A stretch of DNA of 56,922 nucleotides, filler included, from Sphacelaria rigidula (Eukaryota): assembly GCA_964200075.2 (NCBI GenBank). It is 5 parts of 5 records of this genome, joined end to end, with 100 filler letters (N's around TTAATTAATTAA, not from the genome) between each part and the next. Parts side by side here need not be neighbours in the genome. Positions count along the whole stretch, not along the records: positions 34,216 to 45,519 come from CAXNAA020005093.1; positions 45,620 to 56,922 come from CAXNAA020005094.1; 3 more parts are not named here. One strand, 5' to 3'. Shown piece after piece: positions 37,501-48,026 of this stretch. A program made the position numbers and the translations under genes. How positions within the stretch are numbered: position 1 is the first letter of the stretch; every line of letters starts with the position of its first letter. Under the pieces are notes generated by a model that had not been told where the DNA came from, searched no databases, and was given only the letters and a program-made list of their open reading frames with translations.

Positions 37501-40500
37501 TAGTATGGAATCTTATGTGCGCCAGATCTCTAGATGGATAACGAGTTAAACAGCCTGGATCCGTATTTGAGGTTCAACATTTGGGTGAGCTTCAACTCGA
37601 AAACAGTGCTTTCCCTGACCTAAAGTCATGACCAATGAATGTCATATGGACGACCTCATGCTCCCCAAAGGTTGCCCGCCTTCCGTGCCCCCAAAGCTTA
37701 TATGCGAAATCACCGATTTCGGGTTAAAAACGCCCCCTTTTCCGCCCCGAAATCGAGGTAAAAAGGTGCTTCCGCACATACGCTTTGGGGGCACGGAAGA
37801 CGGGCCACCCCCAAAAATATTTTCAAGGGGGTCGGGGGGCATGAGGTTGTCCATATGAAATTATTTGATCATGACTTTAAGTCAGGGAAAGCACTATTCT
37901 CGAGTTGAACCTCACCCAAATGTTGAACCTCAAAAACGGATCCAGGCTCTTATTAGGTGAAGGTGAGGGTATCGATCGTTTCCCCGTGCTTCGGGGAATA
38001 TTCTCACCAAAAGTGGTTATCGTCCGCTGTATATATCGCTTGGGGTTGGGAAGAAATCAACCTCGAAGTTTATATGCAGTTTGGCGACAAAACTAGTTAC
38101 GGTTGAGCTGAGAGGTATCGAAGTAGCAGATATCGTAGTAATCGAAGAGGGGTGAAGCATTCGCCGTAGCATAAAGAGCCCAGGAGCAATAGCTCAAGTC
38201 ATGTAAGGGTCGTAAACAGAAAGTCATGTTGATGTCAGAATGTTGAAGAGCCTGATGGTATGAAGGGTCTAGGGTTTCAACGATTCGGATGAACTGTTTT
38301 ACAAGAGTGTTGTTGAGAGATTGAGATGGCCCTTCACTATTACTCTCCAAAGCCGCCCACCTCAACAGGCATACCAGCTGGTTATCTAGTTCTCTGTATC
38401 GAGAAGACACTAAGTGTGCTTTATTTCGAGTTGGCTAAGTGAAGCGCCAGTAAAATACGTCGACTTTTTTTTTCAGCACATCGATAGTCACTTGACAGTT
38501 AATCTGCACCTTCTGCGGAGTTTATATTGCTACTAATCTAGTGGAGCCCGGTTCCCTTGTCACTTGACATATAGGTCATGCGAACACTTGTCTGTAGAAT
38601 AGCGAAACATTTATCTCCGAGTAGGTCATGCAGAGGTAGCCACATTATTCCCATAAGGAGTGTCGTCTAGAATTGAGTATAAACCCTATCTGCGTACGGT
38701 ATCGAATTACTCGACATGGCGGTTGATCAACGAGCGGACATCGGCCCAGACTTTCACGCACATGGGGATGTTCTCCTTCGTTAGACGACTAATACGATAC
38801 ATACGCGAATACCGGCCCAATTCGCCTGTATCGATGAGACATGGCTGTGAGAGCTTGCATCCGTTTTTAGGCTGGCCCAGCCGTACTACCGCAGAGAGTA
38901 CGGTGCCACTGACGACAGAAGGACACCCTAACCTCTGAGCACACACGATGCGGCATCTCATCTTATCATCAAAGCATGTGGCCTGTGATTGGCAGGTTCT
39001 GAATGGCAACCACTCGCCATCTGCGCGGTGACACACGCTCTTCACCCAGCGTATTCCCTAGTCGTGGTGTGTTGCCTGTAGCGCCATCTCTCCGTGCTGA
39101 AGCATGTGATCACCTCTCTCCCAAGGATTGCTTCCTCAAGACGAAAAAACACTGTGGCACATGACTATTGGAGTGTTTTGTACGACTGACGGTATGTCGA
39201 TGGTCGTTCATGCTTCCATACTATGGAAAGGAAATAACACTGATATGTTTAATTGTGCATCGGGTGGCCCATCACTGCGGAACATCTCAGTCACGACCCT
39301 CCTCCCCACCAATCTTACTAAGAATCAACTCGAACATTTTCAACATTGGCCGAAAAACAACGTCAAAAAATGTTATACAAAAAGCTGCATGCAGCACTGC
39401 AGGAGTGGCTTGATGCATCCTATTTCCCGTCAGATGACCTGACGTATTTATCTCCCTTTCTGTAGGGGCGCAACCCAGTCCGTATATTTCCCTTTTTTAT
39501 TTCATATCAGCTCGATTTCTCTGACTCGCGATTAAACTGGTGTCAGTCTCTTTGATTCGAACTGAGGCAGTCTATACGCTTGCGTTTGAATATTGGCTCT
39601 ATAGTAGCATGTCAGTATTGTGACAGTTAAACGAAATGTTGAATCGTGTAACGTTTCTTCTGCATACCTTTCTTTTTGTTTTAAGCAAAGCACTGCTTGA
39701 TGTATCAAGAAAGATAGTGATGTGCCGGCAGCGTTGATCACTGTAAGATAATGTAGCGAAGCAACTATAGGCTACGTAGCCTGTGGTAGATCTAGTGCAA
39801 AAGGTGGCAAGATTAACTTGTCACCATCAAAAGTTGACAGATGATACAAGCTGGCTCGGTATACGTCTACTAACGCAGCATTGTGTTTCCGACGAGAGAT
39901 TGGACCTTGAAGGTGATGATCTCTACCTCTGCCATATCTCCACTCTCCTGCAGTTCTCGGATTTCAGACGAGATTGAGTGTTTTACACCGTCATGGCCAA
40001 TAAGCGTCCGTGAGCACCCTTTTGCTTTTGGATTTATTTCTGCAGATGCGGGTGAGGTTCACAGCTGCTATGCACCCTCTGAAATCCCATCCATTAAAAC
40101 AGCAGGTTTTGCCCAGTGAGACCGCACCACACCACATCAGCCTTTCAACAGGTGTTAAGCGTTCGATACGGGACCTTATCAATCGGCACGAGCGAGGGAA
40201 CGACCCATCAAGGTCGTCACAGCAGCGAAATAATATCCTGAGATCAGATTTTATCTTGAAACGTTTGGAGGTGCAACAAGTTTTCACACATTGAGACAGA
40301 TGAATGCCGCTGAGAGCCATCTGTAACCCAGCTTATCGAGAGCATGAACAAATTCGACGGAACCAAGTTCGTCGAACGGAGGCGCTCTACGCGCGCAGAA
40401 TTTGTTAGATGTCACAGATACCACTGAGCTAATCCCGGGGTTCAAACCCCAGCACGTCGTGATTTACTCCTTTTCAGGGGCAAGTTGATCACTCTGGAAA

Positions 40501-41074
40501 GAAGAAGCACAGAAAGAATGCTTGTACCATGCGATTTGGGCAAGCGGCGCTGCTGACAGAATTGGGCAGCGCGGCACTCATTACAGGGCCGGCAACCCTG
40601 AGGTGAAACAGGGATCCGGCATGTCTGACATCATCAACGGGGGGACACGCCCCGACGTGATTCGTGATCGAAAACGTCATGTAGATGTAGTCACCATAGC
40701 CCGCTGCTGGACGTGCATCGAGGCCATGGCCCAATCGGGACCCGTTTCCGAGGCCACATCACTTTCCAACGCTCGGCACTCATGTATCATCCCCGCTTAT
40801 CTCCTTCGTAATACTATGTATGCGTACGTGCGTGTGTACGTTTGTTTCTACTGCCACTGCTGCTGCTTCGTGCTGCTGCTGTGATCGGACGCGACGCGAT
40901 GTGCGGTGCATTATACGTTCGTGCCTTCGCTTGTCACCTTGTTCCCCTTGTGTTTTTCCTCGCGTACGGTGCAGAAATCGCCGAAATGTACAATGCCCCT
41001 GTCGCGGAGCTGAAACGGCAGCCGTCCATGCTGAAGAAGGATCTTCCTTTCGAACCCGTCACGATTACGTTCAG
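34579..41074 (+). CDS. Three internal exons of a full-size ABCG / pleiotropic drug resistance (PDR) ABC transporter (end of TMD1, PDR-associated linker, start of NBD2 region)
   Basis: Exons 34579-34670, 36042-36148, 40975-41074 join in phase (2, then 1): IFIDAYGFADDTIYIWGGVIFIFGEFLLVVIATGLAYHYLRWDASDSAPILP...EIAEMYNAPVAELKRQPSMLKKDLPFEPVTITFR. LPFEPVTITF is the PDR hallmark just before NBD2. Confidence 0.88.
35529..35804. mobile_element. MITE related by its TIR to 47539 and 54923 (GAG...CTC termini, Sola-like)
   Basis: gtgcaatgctacggtaacggttgcactttt...aaaagtgcaacccctgccatagcatcactc; flanks aata/aaca. Confidence 0.6.
36792..37150. mobile_element. Tc1/mariner-like element end (TA-CGAGCTGGGCCAG family)
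   Basis: Shares its terminus and internal sequence with 6740-7172. Confidence 0.55.
37549..37951. mobile_element. Foldback MITE (~403 bp), family shared with 47053-47475
   Basis: aacagcctggatccgtatttgaggttcaacatt...aatgttgaacctcaaaaacggatccaggctctt; pairing continues almost to the centre. Confidence 0.9.
37960..40340 (-). pseudogene. Endogenous viral element: decayed N-terminal/RdRp half of a negative-strand RNA virus L protein (Haploviricotina, mononega-like)
   Basis: Ordered motifs across stops and frameshifts: HLSQ (~40300), VVTEMFR..MGHP (GHP 39261-39269), QHG.RW (~39090), FDDK (~38965), RLTKE/GR (~38770-38745), MTYSE (~38620), EG.SQ.L..TL (38335), LQHSD with Asp (38236) 33 codons after the motif-B Glu. 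Intronless, inside a host intron. Confidence 0.6.
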
Positions 41075-41529
41075 GTATTATTATCTCTAATACCGTCGAT
41101 TTTTTGTTTGTTTGCGTTATACTACTTAACTTCCGATTCCCCCCTCGGGACAAGGTCGTCGTCCTAGGGGATCAACCCTCCTCTCTTGCCTTGGGCTTTC
41201 TGTTGTTGAGCACTGGATGATGTCTTTAAGCACCCTGGCAGTCCTTCCACTTTACAGGCTGTTTCACGACGAACACCCCAAATACACTCATCAGCGGACC
41301 CCATTCGCAGTACCTATCCAATAGCCGTATTCATAGCATCATTGTGACTTTAGTTTGAGATCATAGCGGTAGCTCCAGGAGGCGCAAACGTGCCTCGACC
41401 AATCAGCGGCCTACAAATTGCTCGGAATCATATATACGAATTTCTGACCAAACTTTTACCCATCCTCCACATGCTTCAGGTCGTAGTAACCGCCATCAGC
41501 TCGGGAATCTAACGAGAAACACATATTTG

Positions 41530-43380
41530 AAAACGCTTACTATAGGATCGAATCATACCCCAAGCAGTGATAATTTGGTGAAGTGGGATTTTCGGGTCTT
41601 CGGATACCACTGGCATGCACCACAGGCCAAGAAATCCTCCAGAGCGTTTTCCTCTTATCTACCATAGAAAAGCTCAGATCTCGCTCAAGCTTGGCAGTTT
41701 GGTGGATTTTGGTGCTGTACATCCCGGCTGAAGCCCCAAGTGTAATGGTATTTTAACACCTCAAGTAGTCAGAGATAATTAAGGTGCAGACGTTACTTAG
41801 GATCAATCCTTGGGAGCTAGTTTGACAAACCCTCGAGGTGTGCGCATGTACCTTAGCAGAGTTGGCGGGTGATATAAACTTCAAAAGTAACGTAGGAGTC
41901 AAACGATATCAAAATGCACTCAACAAATATGATGACTATGGCGTACAGCCGTCCTCCGGTGAAGACTGGATCACCTCGTAGTAAATCGGCAGTATTGTGT
42001 GAAAAAGATGCTCCAAACCCTGATCATGTAGCTGGTTAGCTTCTGCTGTACGGTTCCTTGCATTTTGTTGCAAACCAGAAGATGAAAACGGTGAAATCAA
42101 AGGGGCATGCTTGCCGACTGCAAACCACATGATAAATTCTCATTCTGGCCGTCCCTCAACTTCGGGCGCGTCACAATTCTATGCTGACTTGAAGCGGCAT
42201 CCAATTCTTACACTTAATGCTAACACTGAAAAGCTACTTCAATCGTACCTCTGACATTTCAACCGTTCACCTAGGAGCAGTATCTATTGTGCGCCACCCA
42301 ACGTATGACAGCGACCAGAATTTTCCTACAGTGTGTCCAAAACTTGAAGATATATATTCGCGTAGATATCTATTTCTCCTACTCACCGGTCATCTATATA
42401 TTGATGCCATGGGTTATGGGGGAAGGTCGATTTATAACTCTGGCCCGCCATCCTATCTCAGTGCTCCAGAGGTCAAATACGCATTGCTGAGAAATATTTG
42501 CAAAATTTGATTCATTTTCCGCTTTTTATCAGCTTCCGGGGATCCCGGCGTGGAGAACCCCGGAAGCCGGTACAGAATGCCTCAAAGGAAGAATGAAACC
42601 ACTTCGTCCTCCTGGATACTCTGGGTACCCTAGATTCCTTGGTACTACAAAATACCTAGAAAAATCAGCGTTTCCAAGGGTAAGTATTTTACTACATCCA
42701 CCTTTAACATTCCATGAGTCAGGTTGAAATACTGCACAAGTCAGACGCCGCCCAACTTCGTGGTGTATTATATACGTTGACATAAGTATACACTTGGAGG
42801 CAGCAAAGTTTACACTAGTGAGGTGTTGTGCCACTCCCATACTTGAGAGTGAATGGTATGCCATCCGTGCCTTATTACACCGAGGCAATTTCTTTCCCCC
42901 ACCATTATTACGGCCCACGTAACGTTTGTCGGAGTTTTTTTTCATGTATTTCTGGGGAGTTTGTTAAAGATATTTACAAAGTGTGACGGAAATATGTTCC
43001 GAGATGTCCCATTAAGCCAAGCTATCATTGAATGACGATACGCCAGAGTTCCATGCACAGCAAAGGTTGCACTACAAGCTATCCGACGAGACAACACCGG
43101 TAGCCACAAAATTCTAGAAGTCAGAATTACCGGACAAACTGATGATTTCCCGTATGTTAAAAGCTGGCAACAATACTGCACGAGTCCCGGGTAATTTCTT
43201 CACGGTTATGCTTCCATGTAAGATGTTGGCGAGATCAGGAAGTCGTTTTCGGAACGAGTTCGAAACCGATTTGGGGCATATGGCCGCTTATCAATTTCAG
43301 GCAGGTAACTCTGGGTCGACCGAGGCTGTGGTTGAAGACGTGTGTTCGTTTTTTCGTTGAAATCCTGCGAACAGAAGGGG
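41530..43380 (-). pseudogene. Endogenous viral element: decayed capping (PRNTase), connector and methyltransferase region of a negative-strand RNA virus L protein
   Basis: SGHMPQIGF/RT (GxxT-like, ~43260-43285), AFNIREIISL (~43150), GTLAYR (HR-like, ~43035-43052), TNVTWAVIMV (~42900-42930), TLGASAGM (GxGxG-like, 41723-41740). Spacings of ~76 and ~433 codons resemble rhabdovirus L. Confidence 0.5.
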
Positions 43381-44197
43381 AAGATGTGACTTTCTCTCAA
43401 CGGCGAATGGGATTAGCGGCGGTGCCAAACCAATAGACAGAGACGGTGGCTTCGTATCTTTGTATCCTACACTAGAGGTGTCTGTGCGCCATTGTCAGTC
43501 AGCATTGGGGCGTGGGGCACAACGGGCCGGCTGCTAGCATAACATCTCCTATACAACCGCAGGTAGATGGGCCCCAACTCATCTGTACCGCCATCCAACA
43601 CGCACAAAGATCTGCAGAGGTCGGGATCTTCGTATACTGCACATACAATCGTTTGATGTACCAGCACTACAGCTATTGTACGGTACCAAGATGTACAGCG
43701 AGCGAACATGCCAAACGCTATCCGGTGATCCTTCGCTTAGACAATCTCGGGCGGAGGGCATGGTGTATGGTGGTCCGGACGAGAGTCATGCTTGGGCGAC
43801 GGCTGGAGTCGCGTGTAAGAGTTCAGAACATGCTTGTCCCCAGTTGTTACATGGGTTACGCCTACACCGTAAAAACTCGCTAGATTGATCGAAAAGGGCC
43901 TCGATGGGTTGATCCACAAGACACTCTAATCTTACGACTTATCGGTGTGGAGCGGATTAGATCTGGGATCTTTCTGATGTCATATGACTTTCAGTATACT
44001 CTGAGATATTTTCCCTCTCGTGTTCGTTCGATCACCGGCGGACACAGCTGGTTCAGTCTTTACACGAGCTGTTTGGGCTCAAAGGTTCAACGACCATTTT
44101 TTCGAAAACGAGTTCAACATATACAGTGATCTGTTTGATTTGCCAGCTGATAGCCATCACTTCGGAAACCAAAGCAAACCTGAGAAAAGTATATTTG

Positions 44198-44792
44198 ACG
44201 AGCTGGGCCAGCTGACAGTGATTCTCAATGTTTCTTGGCCCGGCTGTGGGTAGTTCGAGAACTTACGCGCTGAAAGTTCGACACATTTTCATCATTAATA
44301 CGCACAACCTCGCGGGGGATCCAACGAAAAACAAAACAAAACAGAAAGTTAGAGCGATCCGAAGTTTTGCAAAAACTCGAAAAATGCTATAACTTCGTGA
44401 ACATCGAGAAATACGTCGGCATCCCTCGGGTTGTTGTGCGTACTCGTTTGCAGAAGATCCTGGTGTAATTTCGGCCAAAAATACCTCGAATTGGAAGCAG
44501 CAGTGCAATTTGTGTGCGACACCGCTGCGCCGCTTTAATCCAAGTGACACAGGAGGCTCCAGTTAATATGGACGTCCCGAGTTCGAGTCCCGACGGATTC
44601 CTTTTTTTTTGTTCCGTCGGTAAGGTCATACATTATGCAGTACGTTTTGTTTTCACTTCATCCAGCGGCGGTTCCGTGCGTTTCCAGGTTGGTCTGCAGG
44701 TCACACCGATATACTCAAGTCGGGCTGATTTGGTGAACTTGATAAGATATGGTGTGACGTGCAAATGCCGGATTTCCTGCTGGCCCAGCTCT
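44198..44792. mobile_element. Tc1/mariner-like MITE (~595 bp; ACGAGCTGGGCCAGC...GCTGGCCCAGCTC); homolog at 48527-48950
   Basis: Both TIRs present. Internal gcgctgaaa..cgacaca..ttttcatcat, aaaatgctataacttc and gagttcga.tccc are shared with the 48527 copy. Confidence 0.7.
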
Positions 44793-44827
44793 TCGTTGAT
44801 TATTTGAAAATCACGATTTCCCGAGGT

Positions 44828-44924
44828 CAGTACAGTACAGTACAGTACAGTACAGTACAGTACAGTACAGTACAGTACAGTACAGTACAGTACAGTACGG
44901 TACAGTACAGTACGGTACAGTACA
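44828..44924. repeat. (CAGTA)n microsatellite, ~19 units
   Basis: Direct inspection. Confidence 0.95.
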
Positions 44925-45428
44925 ACAAAAGTGTAGTACAGAGGAGGACACTGCAAGTGTACAAGGCAGTACTTGCTACTGTAGGTTAGACGAGCGTGTA
45001 GCGTCAGCGTACCGAGCACAGGGTGTGTTCCTCCATGAAATTGTCTAGGCGAAGGATCACCGGATAGCTTCTGGAATGCTCATTTGCTGTACATCTCGGC
45101 ACAGTACAATAACTGTAGTTTTTTGCATCAGGCGATTGTATATGCAGTATATGAAGATCCCGACCTCTGCAGGTCATTGTGCATGTTGGACGGGGGTAGG
45201 GGTGAGCTGGGACATATTTACCTGCGGTTGTACAGGAGATGCTCTTCAGCAGCCGGCCCGATTTTCCCCACGCCCCAATGCTGACTGATGACAGCACACA
45301 GAGACCTCTAGTGTAGGATACAAAGAGAGACAGAGCCACCTTCTCTCTCTATTGTTGTACAATCAATCAATCAATCAACCAATGTTTTGGCACCGCCGCT
45401 AATCCTAATCGCCGTTGGAAGAAAATCA

Positions 45429-45466
<38 letters not shown>

Positions 45467-45519
45467 CCCTACGCCCCACTTTTCCCGCCCAACCATACCG
45501 CTCTATCTGATCCTACACG

Positions 45520-45619
45520 NNNNNNNNNNNNNNNNNNNNNNNNNNNNNNNNNNNNNNNNNNNNTTAATTAATTAANNNNNNNNNNNNNNNNNNNNNNNNN
45601 NNNNNNNNNNNNNNNNNNN
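45520..45619. other. Artificial contig linker
   Basis: N44-TTAATTAATTAA-N44. Confidence 0.98.
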
Positions 45620-45826
45620 TCGAAATTTCGAGCAACAAATGGCCCAAAATACCCCCCCCCCTATCGCAGGGTGACTCTTTGCTTGTTAGAGTGTACAGAT
45701 AGCGACAGATGTTAAGAAACTCTTATTTGGAGTGAGGCTCGGGTTCTTATTTCCTCTCCGATTGCTGCAGAAATGCCTAAATCCAAATTCTTATCGTTCG
45801 AAGAGGGGCAAAACGCCAAATGCTGA

Positions 45827-46000
45827 GGCCAACTCTTATGGGAGCGTTTGAAATTTTATTTTGCAACAATTTCAGAGGAGTTTTTTTTCCTTGCCATCAT
45901 GGTGAACGGGCACAAAATAGACAACTACGGCAAAGAAGAAAAGAAAAACGTTCAAAATTATTGCATAATAAAATTCTAAACGCTCCCATAAGAGTTGGCC
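45827..46000. mobile_element. PIF/Harbinger (Tourist-like) MITE, 174 bp
   Basis: Perfect 23-bp TIR GGCCAACTCTTATGGGAGCGTTT; flanks tga/tta (TWA-like TSD). Confidence 0.75.
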
Positions 46001-46234
46001 TTAATTTTGAATTTCTTATTTTGCACAGGCATCCAATACGGCATTTGTTTTCCCTGAGCGCTTGTCAAGAATCATGTTTGGCACATTGCATCCATCACAC
46101 ATCCTGTGCTCCACCAGATTTTTATTATATGACAAAGCCCTCGAGGACTGCAGGGGTGAAAGTTCATGTTGCCCACCTCCGACGACTACAAAACTGCTGT
46201 AGCACCGTTGTACTACTGTAGCCAGAAGAGCAAC

Positions 46235-46900
46235 TCAATCAGCATGGTCTATATTACGCGCGTTGGGCGTTAACACTCTCCCCCTGCTACTCGTACTGAC
46301 TGCCAGTTTTTTCGGGCCTGTTTCTGGATCCCCGCGCTGGCTGTTCTGCCCGCCCCTTCCGACCGTACCCCCCCTCTGCTGCTTGTTAGTAGGCTCTAGT
46401 AAGACCCACGAACCCACCGGCGCGCTTGCCTCCGTGCTGTATGCAGCTAACGGTAGCTTCATGCTGCGCACGCTCTGATCTTCTTCAAGACGCACACGAT
46501 AGTCGTATAATGTTTTGGTGTGCCCCTGACTCTTGCGAGTGATCAGGCCACCAAACCACCCCATGCTCAATAAAGAATCGGAAAAAATGCAGAACAGTAC
46601 AATAGTACTTTACAAGTTTCGTACATTTTCTCATTTTCCATGAGGTGTCGCAGCAAATTGTCTTTATCCTTGGGATGTCCCAGTGGAAATCAATGTTGTT
46701 TGCCGGGTTAAAAGAGGAGGCAGCTTGCTTGATGGCCTGACGTAGCCATGGTGGTGGTGAAGGCAGTTTTTTTTCTGGGGTGCAGTGCATTCTTGCAGAT
46801 CCTTACCCGTCGATCCTCTTGCAACTCCCCAGTTGCAAATTCTTATTTCCTCCTTGGAGTTCAGCACAAATGCTTACCCGTAATTTCTGATTTTTTCAAA
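46235..46900 (-). pseudogene. Decayed coding remnant, probably a DNA-transposon (hAT-like) C-terminus
   Basis: Protein-like frames QAIKQAASSFNPANNIDFHW and MGWFGGLITRKSQGHTKTLYDYRVRLEEDQSVRSMKLPLAAYS...VGSWVLLE. Frameshifted; family assignment uncertain. Confidence 0.3.
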
Positions 46901-47052
46901 CAAACGAGGCTGAAATTCTTAACTACGAAATTCTCAACATCTGACGCTATCTGTAGCTAGGTATGCTGCAATAAATTGACCAATGGGCACCGACAAAAAC
47001 CGAAAAGTCTGCCGGTCTCTGCGGAGTTAGTATACCTGCTTTATTTGCGTCT

Positions 47053-47475
47053 AAGAGCCTGGATCCGTTTTTGAGGTTCAACATTTTAATGGGTTTCGAC
47101 TCCAAAACAGCGCTTTCCCCGACCTAAAGTCATGACCAATGAACTTCATATGGGCGACCTCATGCCCCCTGACCTCCTCAAGACTATTTTCGGGGGTTGC
47201 CCGTCTTCCGTGCCCCCAAAGCGTATATGCGAAAGTGCCACTTTCGGGCTGAAAACGTCCCCCTTTTCGCCCCGATATCGACGCGAAAAAGTGCTTCCGC
47301 ACATACGCTTTGGGGGAGGTGAGACGGGCAACCCCCAAAAATAGTTTTGGGGAGGTCGGGGGGCATGAGGTCGTCCATGTGAAATCAATTGGTCATGACT
47401 TTAGGTGAGGGAATGTACTGTTTTCGAGTTGAAACTCATTAAAAAGTTGAACCTCAAAAACGGATCCAGGCTGTT
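47053..47475. mobile_element. Foldback MITE (~423 bp), second copy of the 37549 family
   Basis: aagagcctggatccgtttttgaggttcaac...gttgaacctcaaaaacggatccaggctgtt, flanked by gtct on both sides. Confidence 0.9.
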
Positions 47476-47538
47476 GTCTGCTCTTTGCCCGCTCTGCACC
47501 GATTACCTCATGTGTCGGAGGGCATTTTTCCGAACATT

Positions 47539-47798
47539 GAGCAATGCTACAGTAGGGGTGCATTTTTCGCGCACAATCTTGTCTGCGGTTCAGGAGCTCC
47601 TCACGATTCTAGATGCACAAGAATATGGGTCATGACATCTCCGTTTGAGAATTCATTCGAGATGTCCCTCGAACATTGAAACGGTAATCCTGGCGTACTC
47701 TCACATATTTTCAAGAGACGTGTTTTGGACGAGATTGAGGGGCTTGTCACAACTCCAACCTCAGAAACAAATTGTGCACCCCTACCGTAGCAGCACTC
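47539..47798. mobile_element. MITE with GAG...CTC termini (Sola-like); second copy 54923-55179
   Basis: gagcaatgctacagtaggggtgca...tgcacccctaccgtagcagcactc; flanks catt/aatt. Confidence 0.75.
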
Positions 47799-48026
47799 AA
47801 TTATCCTGTTTAGAAAAAATATGATTTCGTCATTTTTTTGCGGAAGACGTGATTTATTTATTCTTGTCCTTGTTCCTCCATTTTGCGACCCTAGCTTGAC
47901 ACCGCGATTGCCCATGCCTGCTGTGATTGTCTTCTCTTACTTCTGCCTTGTCGCTCTCCCTTCCTCCCTGTTCATGCCACCCGCACGTTTATTTCCCTCT
48001 CATATTTTGCGCGGTCTCCGAAAAAA

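Larger units (their letters stand above)
43385..45428. repeat. Pair of ~355-390-bp inverted repeats (43385-43748 / 45038-45428) enclosing ~1.3 kb
   Basis: Arms align throughout (ggattagcggcggtgccaaa...ctttgtatcctacactagagg...gctatccggtgatccttcgc.tagacaat). Confidence 0.85.

Noticed and set aside
41723-41740. GxSxG lipase/esterase motif (LGASAG)
   Set aside because: No hydrolase context or intact ORF. Its position fits a mutated viral MTase GxGxG better, though that is also unproven.
44633-45019. Repeat-protein ORFs (YCTVL/STVQY; also poly-N, poly-C and poly-T ORFs at 32077, 49296, 53741)
   Set aside because: They are translations of microsatellites.
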